Below, piece after piece: positions 1 through 12,665 of a stretch of 64,000 nucleotides of DNA; position 1 is the first letter of the stretch, and every line of letters starts with the position of its first letter. A program made the translations under genes and the position numbers. The notes beneath the pieces were generated by a model that saw only the letters and a list, made by a program, of their open reading frames with translations, had not been told where the DNA came from and made no database searches. Source of the DNA: Malacoraja senta (Eukaryota); contig CM075996.1 in NCBI GenBank assembly GCA_038087875.1, forward strand, positions 1,180,001 to 1,244,000. Direction: 5' to 3'.

Positions 1-518
1 CCGGAACATGGATAGGTGACGTTTCACAGAGTGCTGGAGTAACTCAGCGGGTCAGGCAGCATCTGTGGAGAACATGGATAGGTGACGTTTCACAGAGTGC
101 TGGAGTAACTCAGCGGGTCAGGCAGCATCTGTGGAGAACATGGATAGGTGACGTGTCGGGTTTCTTCAGACTTCTTCCGTCTGGATAAGGATCCCGACTC
201 AAAACGTCACCTATCCACGTTCTCCACAGATGCTGCCTGACCCGCTGAGTTAGTCCAGCACTCTGTGAAACGTCACCTATCCATGTCCTATTGTGTAAAC
301 CAGCATCTGCAGTTCCTTGTCCCTGCATCACGTGATGGACAGTCAGGGGTCAACCATCAGTGCAACACTCACACGCGCAGATGAGTCTGTCGTTGCATTG
401 GTTGCTGCAGATGCATTGGTTCACTGTGGCTGCATTCTTGCGTGTTGCATTGGGTCGCTGCGGGTTGCATTGGCGTTGGGGAGGGCTGGTTGACTCTAGA
501 CCTGCTGTGTTCCTGCAG

Positions 519-700
519 TACCCCCCTGGGCCCTGGCTGCCATTATCATCGTACTGTGCCTGCTGCTACTCTGCTGCTGTTTCTGCATCTGCAAGAAGTG
601 CTGCGCCAAGAAGAAGAAGCAGAAGAAGGGGAAGGACAAGGGCAAAGCGCAGATCAACATGAAGGAGGTGAAGGACATGGGCAAGAGCATCATCGACAAG
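519..700 (+). CDS. SYT5: Synaptotagmin-5 exon: transmembrane helix, Cys cluster, polybasic juxtamembrane segment (upstream coding exon(s) outside window)
   Basis: tcctgcag| ... |gtgagt; translates [60 protein letters not shown]; starts phase 1, ends phase 0. Confidence 0.9.
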
Positions 701-777
701 GTGAGTGTGAGGCATCGTGGCTCGGGACGTCTCAACGGATATTCACAAGGTGTTACTGGGACTGGAGGGCTTGAGTG

Positions 778-1098
778 AAGAGCCTGTCACACTTACGCAA
801 CTTTTTCGGCGACTGCCGGCACCAGTCATAGGTCGTCGAAAATTTTCAACATGTTGAAATTCAGCGGCGACCGGAAAGACGCCACGATTATTTGGGTGAC
901 TAGGAGCCTAGTCACGACCATACAGGCGACACCCTGGTGACATGAAGCCTGTATGGTCGTGAGTAGTCGCCCAAACAGTCGCTCCTTGTTCTGGTAGCCG
1001 GCTGGATATCAACAAGTTGAACATTTTCGGCCACCTGTAACGACCTATGACGGGTGCCGGCAGTCGCCGAAAAAGTCGCGTAAGTGGGACAGGCCCTT
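778..1098. mobile_element. MITE with long terminal inverted repeats (PIF/Harbinger-like ends)
   Basis: GCCTGTCACACTTACGCAACTTTTTCGGCGACTGCCGGCACCAGTCATAGGTCGT (~782-837) mirrors ACGACCTATGACGGGTGCCGGCAGTCGCCGAAAAAGTCGCGTAAGTGGGACAGGC (~1040-1094); superfamily assignment is inference. Confidence 0.8.
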
Positions 1099-1397
1099 TG
1101 GAGGGTGAGGCGGGACATAGTGTAGGAGGCGAGGCTGAGTGACCTTGGACTGGTACAGGGATAGGAAAGACTGAAAGGGATTTGGGCCATGGGACTTGTT
1201 TAGATGGGTCACTTTGGTCAGCATGGGCATGTTGGGCTGAAGGGCCTGCTTCTGTGCTGTATTCCTCTAAGACTATCTTTCAATATCATCAACGTGCTGG
1301 AGGAACTCAGCGGGTCAGGCAGCATCTGAGGAGGGAATGGATTGGTGACATTTTGGGTTTGAGTCTTGGCTGCAGGAGGCAGCTACAGTGGTCGCGG

Positions 1398-1461
1398 CAC
1401 CTCCACCTCCACCTCCACCTCCACCTCCACCTCCACCTCCACCTCCACCTCCACCTCCACC
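1398..1461. repeat. (CACCTC)n hexamer microsatellite
   Basis: Perfect tandem array 30 nt upstream of a SYT5 acceptor. Confidence 0.95.
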
Positions 1462-1494
1462 TGCATCCTAATTCTTTCTGCTCTGGGACTGAAG

Positions 1495-1608
1495 GTACAG
1501 CCTGATGTGGAGGACCTGGATCCAAGTTTACTGGGAGACGAGAAGAGAGAGGAGGAGAAGCTGGGAAAGCTGCAGTATTCCCTGGATTACGATTTCCAGA
1601 GTGGCCAG
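1495..1608 (+). CDS. SYT5: Synaptotagmin-5 exon: linker and start of C2A
   Basis: gaag|GTACAG ... CAG|gtgggt, 114 nt; VQPDVEDLDPSLLGDEKREEEKLGKLQYSLDYDFQSGQ. DK-VQP.VE.L and DYDFQSGQ are SYT5-type, and synteny with DNAAF3 agrees. Confidence 0.9.
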
Positions 1609-1909
1609 GTGGGTCAGGCGTTCATGTGTGGAACATGCCGGATCTTTCTGGAATGTCACACCCAGGGAGCTCAAACTAGCATGGGTTTGACGTCAACGCT
1701 ATCCCTTTGTTCCTCCCTACAACACGCAGGCACATGTATGATGCACGGGGAAAGCAGGCACATGTATGATGCACGGGGAACGCAGGCACATGTATGATGC
1801 ACTGGACGCCCGTGTCAGTCACGGTGCTGTGCGTGTTCACCAGTGGACTGTCATCTCCTGTGGCCAGGACCAGGCGTGTGTGTCCCCACATGGCACGGTG
1901 CTGCTCTTG

Positions 1910-2156
1910 TCACACACACCCACACACCCACACACACACACACACACACAGACACGCACACACACACACATACGCACACACACACATACGCACACACACA
2001 CACACACAGACACACGCACACACACACATACGCACACACATACGCACACACAGACATACGCACACACACACACACACAGACACACGCACACACACACACA
2101 CATACGCACACACATACGCACACACAGACACGCACACACAGACACACGCACACACA

Positions 2157-2194
<38 letters not shown>

Positions 2195-2635
2195 GACACA
2201 CGCACATACAGACACCCGCACACACACACACACCCACACACATACGCTAACACAGACACGCACATACACATACGCACACACAGACACACGCACACATACA
2301 CGCACACACATACACACGCACATATATGCACACACATGCACACACATACACACGCACACATATGCACATACACCCACACACATACGCACACGCGCACACA
2401 CTCACACACGCGCACACACACGCACACACCCACACACACCCACACACACACACACACACACACTCACACACACCCACACACATACCCACACATATACCCA
2501 CACACATACACACACCCACATACACACACCCACACACATACACACAAACACACACTCACACATACACACACGCGCACACACTCACACACAGACACACACT
2601 CACGCACACCCACACACACACGCACACACACACAA
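1910..2635. repeat. Degenerate (CA)n microsatellite
   Basis: Direct inspection. Confidence 0.95.
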
Positions 2636-2823
2636 TACACGTCCCCCTCCCTGGGTAAGGCCAGGTGTCATTGCTGCCACCCCGTGCCCTGGTTGGTCGT
2701 GCAGCCGTCATTCTCCACAACCCGTGTCCAATGGCAGCGTGAGCCCACAGGGATCCAGCGAGGTTGGCCAATGGGAACCAATGGGGATCAGGTGACGGTG
2801 GCCAATATCAGGATCTCGGATCT

Positions 2824-3000
2824 GACACCTGGGCCGGGCACACCTGGGCCGGGCACACCTGGGCTAGGCACACCTGGGCTAGACACACCTGGGCTGGGCA
2901 TACCTGGGCTGGGCATACCTGGGCTAGACACACCTGGGCTAGACACATCTGGGCTGGGCACACCTGGGCTAGACACACCTGGGCTGGGCATACCTGGGCT
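2824..3000. repeat. 15-bp minisatellite (GGCACACCTGGGCTG)n
   Basis: About 12 tandem units. Confidence 0.95.
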
Positions 3001-3064
3001 GCTCCCCCGCAGTTACCTGAAGCTCTCGGCTAGGTTGCTGACTGCTAACGGTTTGTGGTTCCAG

Positions 3065-3232
3065 CTGATTGTGGGCATCATCCAGGCAGCCGACCTGGCC
3101 GCGCTGGACATCGGCGGGACGTCTGACCCCTACGTCAAGGTCTTCCTCTTGCCGGATAAGAAGAAGAAATTTGAGACCAAAGTTCATCGAAAGACACTCA
3201 ACCCCACGTTCAGCGAGTCGTTTACCTTTAAG
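3065..3232 (+). CDS. SYT5: Synaptotagmin-5 exon: C2A domain
   Basis: ttccag| ... AAG|gtgaga, 168 nt; [56 protein letters not shown]. Confidence 0.95.
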
Positions 3233-3584
3233 GTGAGATGCTGAACAGACCAATTAGTAGTGAAGCTGCTGGCTCGAGTCTGGCTGTTTGTGTTGAGGCT
3301 CTGGGTACAAGCTCTGCTTAGCAGAGACAAGCTGTTGCCATGCAAGTGTGTTCACACCCGCATGTCAGCTGGCGTGCAAGGGAGGGGCGTGAAATATTCA
3401 CAACGTGACAAACATGAACACAATTGCATCTTTCATCTTTCCAAACTCAGATTGTAATTGCAAAAGGGAATATGTCAAAGCTGTGAAACACCGCTCTATA
3501 AAACCATGAGAGGGGTAGATCGGGTCGACGCACAGAGTCTCTTGCCCAGGTGGAAGTCACTAATCTGCTGGCAAGTGTAGATCA

Positions 3585-4075
3585 CGAGAGAGAAAGAGGG
3601 GGAGAGAGAGGGAGAGAGTGTGCGTGAGAGTGCAAGTGCGTGTGTGTGAGTGTGTGTGTGAGTGAGAGTGTGTGTGAGTGTGTGAGTGAGTGTGTGTGAG
3701 TGCGTGTGCGTGAGAGTGCAAGTGCGTGTGTGTGAGAGAGAGTGTGAGTGTGTGAGTGTGAGAGAGTGTGTGAGTGTGAGAGAGTGTGTGTGAGAGAGCG
3801 TGTGTGAGAGAGCGTGTGTGAGAGAGTGTGTGTGAGAGAGTGTGTGTGAGAGAGTGTGTGTGAGAGAGAGTGTGTGAGAGAGTGTGAGAGAGTGTGTGTG
3901 TGTGTGTGAGAGAGTGAGTGTGAGAGAGAGTGTGTGTGTGAGAGTGAGTGTGAGAGAGTGTGTGTGAGTGTGTGTGAGAGAGAGTGTGTGGGTGTGTGTG
4001 TGTGTGAGTGTGTGTGTGTGTGTGTGAGTGTGTGTGTGTGAGTGTGTGTGTGTGAGAGTGAGTGTGTGTGTGTGT

Positions 4076-4114
<39 letters not shown>

Positions 4115-4162
4115 AGTGAGTGTGTGTGTGTGTGTGCGTGTGTGTGTGTGTGAGAGAGAGAG
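3585..4162. repeat. Mixed (TG)n/(AG)n microsatellite
   Basis: Direct inspection. Confidence 0.95.
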
Positions 4163-4214
4163 CTTTAGAATTTACGTGAAACTTCAAGTTCTAAAATCCA
4201 GCTGTTTAGTGAAA

Positions 4215-4600
4215 CTGGGCACTGGGCACTGGGCACTGGACAATGGGCAAAGGGCACTGGGCACTGGACAATGGGCACTGGACAATGGGCAAAGGGCACT
4301 GGACAATGGGCACTGGACAATGGGCACTGGACAATGGGCACTGGACAATGGGCACTGGACACTGGGCAAAGGGCACTGGACAATGGGCACTGGACAATGG
4401 GCAAAGGGCACTGGACAATGGGCAAAGGGCACTGGACAATGGGCACTGGACACGGCACTGGACAATGGGTACTGGACAATGGGCAAAGGGCACTGGACAA
4501 TGGGCAATGGACACTGTGCACTGGACAATGGGCAAAGGGCACTGGTCAATGGGCACTGGACAATGGGCACTGGACAATGGGCACTGGACACTGGGCACTG
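4215..4600. repeat. Minisatellite (GGGCACTGGACAAT)n with GGGCAAA variants
   Basis: Direct inspection. Confidence 0.95.
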
Positions 4601-5659
4601 CCACACCTTGGGAAAGCCTGCCGCTTTGTGTCCACTGCCAGCTCAAACCTCCATGATCGCTCGAACATCGAAAATAAATCACGGCTTGGAGCATGAGTAA
4701 TGAACTTGACATTTTTATTGATCCCACTCTGAGGTAATCCACACAATCCAACAGCAACACCTTTTAACTGCCAATTTCATGAAGCAATTAAGTGCAGGAA
4801 GCCGGTCACAGAAGGGAAAGATAACTTTGATTCCCAGTCCCCACATCTGCTGCGCGCATTAAACAAGGCCAGTGGAAAAACTGTTTCACCGACAGGAACT
4901 GTGGAAACATGAGGTTGGGTGTGTACAAGTCTGACCCAAGGGTTCAAAGCAGCCACACTAGGAGACGGGCTGGTGAGGCAAGGAATTCCAGAGTCGGACC
5001 TTCAGTTGAAGACGTTCCCAATAATTCCTGATAAAAGGTGCAGCATGTGTAAACATATGTGCAGTCATGCCCATGACATCTATGTTCGTGTGTGCTGTGT
5101 TGTGCACACGTATGGGGCTGGACACACCTTGAGTGAGTTAGTCTGCATGTTACTGGAGACGGAGCCACAGAGCACGATGACCACATGAGCAACCAGGGTG
5201 AGCAAGTGACCATGTCTCTATCGCCACACACACGTTTACAGTTTGAGGACCTCAGATAAACCAGACACAAGCTCCTGCCGTTCGCCCACTTCCCTCCACA
5301 CACGCTGCAGTGGACATGACCACAGAAAGGAGCCAGCACAACACAACACAAGAGGCGGAGGTGCCAAGTGTTTGGGGGAAGAGAATGCAGGACTGTTGAG
5401 ATTGTAACTGTAGGCCAGTCAAGTTAATGAATGATTTCACATTGGGACTCACAAAGATTCAGTCGATAGGGCTGTCGGGTGTCACCAAGGAGTGATGGGC
5501 CTCACCCATCAAGAGTTCCCACACTTGACCTTTGGTGGTGCCACAAGCAAGAGGAAGGTTCTTACACAAAATACGTTGCATTGTAGCCTGCCCGCCGTGC
5601 TGCAATATGTATCATATAGATGCAAATACAACCTGAATTAGGGGGCAATTGGTTAAAAG

Positions 5660-6035
5660 TAGAATATTGATTATGGTGGAATATTGACAATGGTGGAATA
5701 TTGGCAATGGTGGAATCTTGACAATGGTGGAATATTGATTATGGTGGAGTATTGATTATGGTGGAATATTGACAATGGTGGAATATTGACAATGGTGGAG
5801 TTTTGATTATTATTGGAATATTGATTATGGTGCGGTATTGATTATGATGGAATATTGATTATGGTGGAGTATTGACAATGGTGGAGTATTGACAATGGTG
5901 GAGTATTGACAATGGTGGAATATTGACAATGGTGGAGTATTGACAATGGTGGAATATTGACAATGGTGGAGTATTGATTATTATTGGAATATTGATTATG
6001 GTGCGGCATTGATGATGATGGAAAATTGATTATGT
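5660..6035. repeat. 17-bp minisatellite (GGTGGAATATTGACAAT)n
   Basis: Direct inspection. Confidence 0.95.
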
Positions 6036-6244
6036 CTGTTTTCTGATCCGCTGAGTTCCTCCAGCATTTTGTACTCTGCTCAGTAAAACTTCACGCAAGT
6101 CACAAGCAAGGTATCTGCTTTCTCAGTGACATTAAAGCTCTGAGCAGCTCATATAACGGAAACCTAAAACTGAAGGTAATTATGCCAATGTTTAAACTGC
6201 AGTTACCAGACGGAGAGCTGATACAGGTATCTTCAGTTTCAGAT

Positions 6245-6390
6245 GCTGCCTACCTTGGCTGCCAGTGTACCTGTGTTGTCCATCTTGGCTGCCAGTGTAC
6301 ATGTGTTGTCCACCTTCGCTGCCAGTGTATTGCCCACCTTGGATGCCAGTGTACCTGTGTTGCCCACCTTGGATGCCAGTGTACCTGTGC
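6245..6390. repeat. ~30-bp minisatellite (CACCTTGGATGCCAGTGTACCTGTGTTGCC)n
   Basis: About 5 units. Confidence 0.9.
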
Positions 6391-6753
6391 TGCAGGTAGA
6401 GAGATGTCTGTGTCAGGCAGCACAGGTGTGTGTTGTCAGCACACCGTGCCTCACTCCAACAGCATACAATTCCCCTCGGAGCCAGGGAACGATAACAGGA
6501 CGTGTACAGGGCCTCACAGACCAGGCCAGGAGCAGGCCACTCGGCCCCTTGGACTGTGCAATCCCACCCCCAATCACCTTTCAACCCTGGCTCATCAGGA
6601 ATCTACCAAACTCTTCCTTTAAAATATTCCAAGATGTTGCTTCATCAGATCTTGGAGTTATAAAGACTCGTGACCCGCGGAGAGATGAATGTGGGGCATG
6701 TCGAATATCCACCACCCCCCTCACCTGTATCCACCTATCGCTCTCTGTTCCAG

Positions 6754-6920
6754 ATCCCATACTCCGAGCTTGGAGGTAAAGTCCTCGTCATGGCCGTGTA
6801 CGACTTTGACCGCTTCTCCAAACACGACGCCATCGGGAGATTCGCATTCCCATGAGTAGCATTGACCTTGCGCACGTGATCGAGGAGTGGAGAGACCTGG
6901 AGTCAGCGGAGAAGGAGGAG
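6754..6920 (+). CDS. SYT5: Synaptotagmin-5 exon: second half of C2A, with apparent 1-nt deletion at ~6835-6837
   Basis: gttccag| ... GAG|gtatgg, 167 nt (168 needed). [28 protein letters not shown], then frame change to (E)[27 protein letters not shown]. Confidence 0.9.
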
Positions 6921-7165
6921 GTATGGAGACCACATGGGGGGAGTATGGAGATCATTGACAGGAGGAGGTATGGGGACCACACGGGGGCAGTATGGAGATC
7001 ATTGACGGGGGGAGTATGGAGATCATTGACAGGAGGAGGTATGGGGACCACACGGGGGGAGTATGGAGATCATTGACAGGAGGAGGTATGGAGACCACAT
7101 GGGGGGGAGTATGGAGATCATTGACAGGAGGAGGTATGGGGACCACACGGGGGGAGTATGGAGAT
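6913..7165. repeat. ~47-bp minisatellite that begins at the SYT5 exon/intron junction
   Basis: Unit GGAGGAGGTATGG(A/G)GACCACA..GGGGAGTATGGAGATCATTGACA. Confidence 0.9.
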
Positions 7166-8109
7166 AAATTGTAAATTGGAGAGGGGTGATAGCGCTATAA
7201 AGGGGAGGGTAGTGTCTTGTGTTCTGTGTCTTGTGTCTACTGTTTGTGGGTGGGGGTGTTTGTTTGTTTGGTGTTCAGCCATGAGCGAATGGCGGTGCGG
7301 GCTCGATGGACCTGGTGGTCTGCTCTCGCACCTACTTTCTATGTTTCTATGTTTCTATGTCCCTAGTGGTGCAAGCGTACGGGTCGGCACGGACCCGGTG
7401 GGCCGAAGGGCCTGTTTCTGCGCTGTTTCTCTAAAATCTAATAAAGTGCTTATTCAAAACAGGTTTGTGAAAGCAGACGTCCTTGATATCTTTGACACAG
7501 ATGTTGTTCCGTTAGCAGAGGGAAGAGACTTTATTGCGATCCTCGTTTGACCAGAACAACTAGTTTTGCAGGAGCCTCCAGTTACCTTTGCAACTGGAGG
7601 TCAGGCATCAAAACACAAAGTTCTGAGGCTGTGCGTATCTCGATTACACTTCTGTGAGGCTTCTTGAAGTGAGCTGCTGTATTAAAGGCAGTTGCTCTCT
7701 CCCTCTCTCTGCCCTGACATCCCTCACCATTGTTCGAGGTCAGACGAGACCCCCTTTATGCAGGACCCTGGAGTTGGGTATGGGCATGATGGGCTGAGTG
7801 TGTCGGGACTCAGTGGTCTGGGCACTGGCTCAGGCAAGGACACTGGAGAGGAGTCTTCACATCACAACCAGCTGAAAGGTGATGACTGGGGAAACTCAGG
7901 CTGTTTGCTCCATTTCCATGCACCAACTGGATATTAAAATGGGTAACCAGAGACCAGCAAAGTCCGATCAAGGATAGTCCGAGGGTCACCAATGAGGTAG
8001 ATAGCACTGCTCTCTGGTTGTGGTAGGATAGTTCAGTTGGCCGCTTAGCCAGCTGTCTGTTGTTTGTGTCTCTGTGTGAAGGTCACGTGTGTCTCTGCCA
8101 CCTTTGCAG

Positions 8110-8227
8110 CAAGAGAAACTGGGAGATATCTGCTTCTCGCTCCGTTACGTCCCGACTGCCGGCAAGCTCACTGTCATCGTGCTGGAGGCCAAGAACCTCA
8201 AGAAAATGGACGTCGGTGGACTCTCAG
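8110..8227 (+). CDS. SYT5: Synaptotagmin-5 exon: start of C2B
   Basis: tttgcag| ... G|gtacgt, 118 nt; [39 protein letters not shown]. Confidence 0.95.
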
Positions 8228-10373
8228 GTACGTACGTCCTCAGTGGTTGAGTCAGAACGCCATCGACCCGAACAGCATGGAAACAGGCACTTCAGCCCAC
8301 CTTGTCCATGCTGGGATAGTCTCATTTACCCACATTCGGCCCATATCTCTCTGGGCCCTTCCCCTCAACGTTCCTGGTGGGTTGTTCAAGCCCCCTCGCT
8401 CTCCCTGCGTTCTGTTTGATGTCACTGAAGTCGCTCAGAGTAGTGAGGACCTCCTCAAATGCTGCTGCTCCAGTTTGAGTGGTTTGGAGCCAGGAGCTAC
8501 TTGAGTTAATGTTGAGGACGGACTTTGTCAAGAAGGCTTGAGAGTGTCCAGGAAATTAGTCACCGTAGCAGAGAATCGTGGAGAAATGCTGCACAGAAAC
8601 GGGCCATTCGGTCCGCACTGACCAACAGCCACCCATTTACTAACCCTACATTAATCCCGCTTTGTGCCCGCCCCACCCTAGATTCCGCACAGTGGCCAAG
8701 CTCACAGCTACATCAGACGAGATATAAAGTACAAATCACCTCCTTGAATAGAAGCTGCCTCTCATGGAATTTTGTGGACTGTGAGTTCTAATGAAGTTTC
8801 AATAACTTTCAGACTGCAGTCAGCTCCAAAGTACACTGCTGCCTGGCACTGTGGTCACAAGAGAGTTTATTGTCATGGTCCTAGATAGGACAATTGCAAC
8901 TAACAACAGCAGCCTGTTTACACCTGGCCATACCACCTGTGTGATGTGAGAAGGTAAATCAAGAGTCAAGAATATTTAATTATCATTTGTACCCACAACG
9001 GAACAATCACCTTCTCAAGTTCACATTTATTGTCACCGGCAACAATTAAGGTACAGTGATATTTAAGTTTTGCAGCAGATGTGGACGGCTCGATTGTAAT
9101 CATGTATTGTCTTTCCGCTGACTGGTTAGCACGCAACAAAAAGCTTTTCACTGTACCTCGGTACACGTGACAATAATCTAAACAGAAAGAATAACAGAAG
9201 ATGCTGGAGTAACTCAGCGGGACAGGCAGCGTCTGTGGAGAAGTTTCGGCTCGAGACCCTTCTTCAGACTGAGAGTCAGGGGAGAGGGGAACGAGAGATA
9301 TGAAAAGGTACAGAACAAATCAGAGAGGGCACCGATGACCCAGGATAGGTGGAGCCCACAATGGTCCATTGTTGGCAGTGGAGGAGGTGATAACAAAGGG
9401 GTGTGAAACTAGCAGGAGGACGAGGGTGGGAGAGGGACGGAGAGAGAGGGAACACAAGGGTTAGTTGAAATATGTAAAGTGTAATGTAAGGTGAAATATT
9501 TTGGTCGACTTTATACGATTGTAAAAGGCTGGACTAGAATTGATATTGAAAACATTACATGCCCAATATGTGCTGTAAGATATGTCCTGTTCGACTCTGC
9601 TTTCCATGCAGTTTGTGCAGCATATGGCTTGCATCAATACTCACAACTTTGCAAAGCTAATGAAAGAGGACTGCAGTGTGCGTGTCGTCCCCAGACCCCC
9701 CCCCCCTCCCAGGACCCCAGACCACCCCGGACCCCAGACCCTCCTGGACCCCAGACCTCTCCGGGGGACAACTCTGACCGCTGGGCGCTACAGCCGCCTT
9801 TGTATCAACTCACGCCGTTTAGGATGTAGCCCATTCCCATCCTATTATTCTCTGTGCGATTATACTCAATTGCATTTGTATAATGATGTTTACATGATGT
9901 GTCCCTGGGTGCAGGGGAACAGATGGTAAATAATGTTTGAAGGGAGATTACAGCAGCCTGGCCAAGGAGCAGTGGGTTGAGGAAGGTTTACGATCGCAAT
10001 GCAGCGGGGCTTAGCGGGGCTTCCAGGGACTCGAGGCCAAGGCAGGTTGTACTGAAAAATGTATTCTCATCCAAACTATAGCATTTCAGAAAGGGCAGAG
10101 GAGAACATAAGGCCCTTTGGCCCATCTAGTCTGGTGATAGCTCTATCCCACTCCCCTGCTTATTCTATAAGGGTTCCAGTTTCTACTTGGAGGTTGGTTT
10201 GTGTGATGGTCTGGGCTGCTGGCCTTGCCGAGGCAGCGTGAGGTGTAGATGGAGGTGATGGAAGGGGAGGTTGGTTTGTGTGATGGTCCGGGCTGCTGGC
10301 CTTGCCGAGGCAGCGTGAGTTGTAGATGGAGGTGATGTTCACTCCAACATTGGCAGTTTCCAGTTACTGATGA

Positions 10374-10670
<297 letters not shown>

Positions 10671-10759
10671 TGAAGCGCTCCAGTTAGCTGCCTTGTGCTC
10701 CACAGTCCTGCTGTCCGGCAGACTGAGGTGTAGTGAAAAGCTTTTGGGCGGCACAGTGG

Positions 10760-11220
10760 CATCCACTCTATCCAGGCCTTTCACTATTTGGTAAGTTTCA
10801 ATAAGGTCTCCTCTCATCCTTCTAAACGCCAGCGGGTACAGGCCCAGTGCCGACAAACATAGAAAATAGGTGCAGGAGTAGGCCATTCGGCCCTTCAAGC
10901 CAGCAACACCATTCAATATGATTACGGCTGATCATTCAAAATCAGTACCTGGTTCCTGCTTTCTCCTCATATCCCTTGATTCCATTAGCCCTAAGAACTA
11001 AATCTAACTCTCTCTTGAAAACATCCAGAGAATTGGCCTCCACTGCCTTCCGTGGCAGAGAATTCCACAGATTCACAACTCTCTGGGTGGAGAAGTTTTT
11101 CCTCATCTCAGTCCTAAATGGCCACAGATTCACAACTCTCTGGGTGGAGTTTTTCTTCATCTCAGTCCTAAATGGCCACAGATTCACAACTCTCTGGGTG
11201 GAGAAGTTTTTTTCCCTCGT
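10760..11220 (-). mobile_element. CR1/HER1-type LINE 3' fragments with an internal ~50-nt triplication
   Basis: Minus ORFs with RRMRGDLIETY and three copies of FSTQRVVNLW; ends just upstream of the last SYT5 acceptor. Confidence 0.85.
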
Positions 11221-11260
11221 CTCACTCTCAGACTGAACTGGTTTGACTTGTGTTTTGCAG

Positions 11261-11470
11261 AAGGTGCAGGTGGTGATCACCGTACTGGACTACGACAAGC
11301 TGGGGAAGAACGATCCGATCGGCAAGTGTTTTGTGGGCTATAACGGCACGGGCATGGGTCTGCGCCACTGGTCAGACATGTTGGCAAACCCCCGACGGCC
11401 CATTGCCCAGTGGCACACCCTGCAGCCCGAGGAGGAGGTGGACATAGCGCTGGGCATCAAGACTTCCTGA
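11261..11470 (+). CDS. SYT5: Synaptotagmin-5 last coding exon
   Basis: ttttgcag|; [69 protein letters not shown]; conserved WHxL motif. Confidence 0.95.
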   Translation, partial: KVQVVITVLDYDKLGKNDPIGKCFVGYNGTGMGLRHWSDMLANPRRPIAQWHTLQPEEEVDIALGIKTS

Positions 11471-11874
11471 TGCCAACACCCACACCCGCACACCCTGTAA
11501 TTGATAAGCTTTGAGCAGACGTTTGTTTTCTGTGGCGATTTGTAAAATATATCACAAACAAGTTGTTGATGAGCCTACACATGTACCTGTTTCAGGATGT
11601 TCTTACCTTGAACAAGCCCAGGGCTTAGGTCGACCTTTCAGACAACCTGGCCTCAGTCATTCCATTCAAGGAAACATTTTTATTCTGGACCTGGTTGTAT
11701 TGTTCCCATGTTGTCATTATATGATTCTGTAGCGTCGTGCCTGTATTGTGAGGGGGGAGATGGAACGGGTGTGGCATTAGTAACGAGGAGGAAAGGAGCC
11801 GACACCTGAAACGCCATCAGAGATCACGGTCAACAGACAGAATTCTATTTTGTGAACAGAACTTTGATCTGTTG

Positions 11875-11880
11875 AATAAA
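11875..11880 (+). terminator. Candidate SYT5 polyadenylation signal AATAAA
   Basis: AATAAA ~400 nt after the stop codon, followed by T/GT-rich sequence. Confidence 0.45.
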
Positions 11881-11984
11881 ACCGGTTATTATTCCTCATG
11901 TGAGTGGCACTTGTTATTGATTCACTGTCTCTGTACACCTCGTGTCCATGTACAGGGCCAGACAGGTTGGGATTCACCCACTGC

Positions 11985-12665
11985 CCCACCCCCCCCCCCA
12001 CCCTCCCCCTCCACACCCTTCCCCCACCCTCCCCCTCCACACCCTTCCGCTTCCCCCACCCCTCCCCCAACCCTCCCCCCACCCCCCTCACCCACCATCC
12101 CTCCCCCTCCCCCCCAATCTCCCCCTCCACACCCTTCCCCCACCCTCCCCCTCCACACCCTTCCCCTTCCCCCACCCCCTCCCCCAACCCTCCCCCCCTC
12201 CCCCACCATCCCTCCCCCTCCCCCCCAATCTCCCCCTCCACACCCTTCCCCCACCCTCCCACTCCACACCCTTCCCCTTCCCCCACCCCCTCCCCCAACC
12301 CTTCACCCCCACCCTCCCCCTCCACACCCTTCCCCTTCCCCCACCCCTTCCTCCAACCCTCCCCCACCATCCCCCCACCCACCCCCACCTCCTCACCATC
12401 CCCCACCCTCCCCCTCCCCCACCACCCCCCACCCTCCCCCACCCCCTCACCACCACCACCCCCCCCCACCCTCCTCACCATCCCCCCACACCCTCCCCCA
12501 CCCACCCCCACCCTCCTCACCATCCCCCCCACCCTCTCCCACCCCATCCCCCACCCTCCACACCCACCATCCCCCCACCCACCCACCCTCCTCACCATCC
12601 CCCCCACCCACCCCCACCCACCCCCACCCTCCTCACCATCCCCCCCACCCTCCCCCTCCCCCACA
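11985..12665. repeat. C-rich low-complexity/minisatellite (G4-prone on minus strand)
   Basis: Dense C-runs with internal tandem duplications. Confidence 0.9.

Noticed and set aside
1766..3244. 492-aa ORF and other long HTHT/CVCV ORFs (also 3582-4187, 46148-51820)
   Set aside because: Stop-free translations of (CA)n/(TG)n microsatellites; only 3065-3232 is a real exon.
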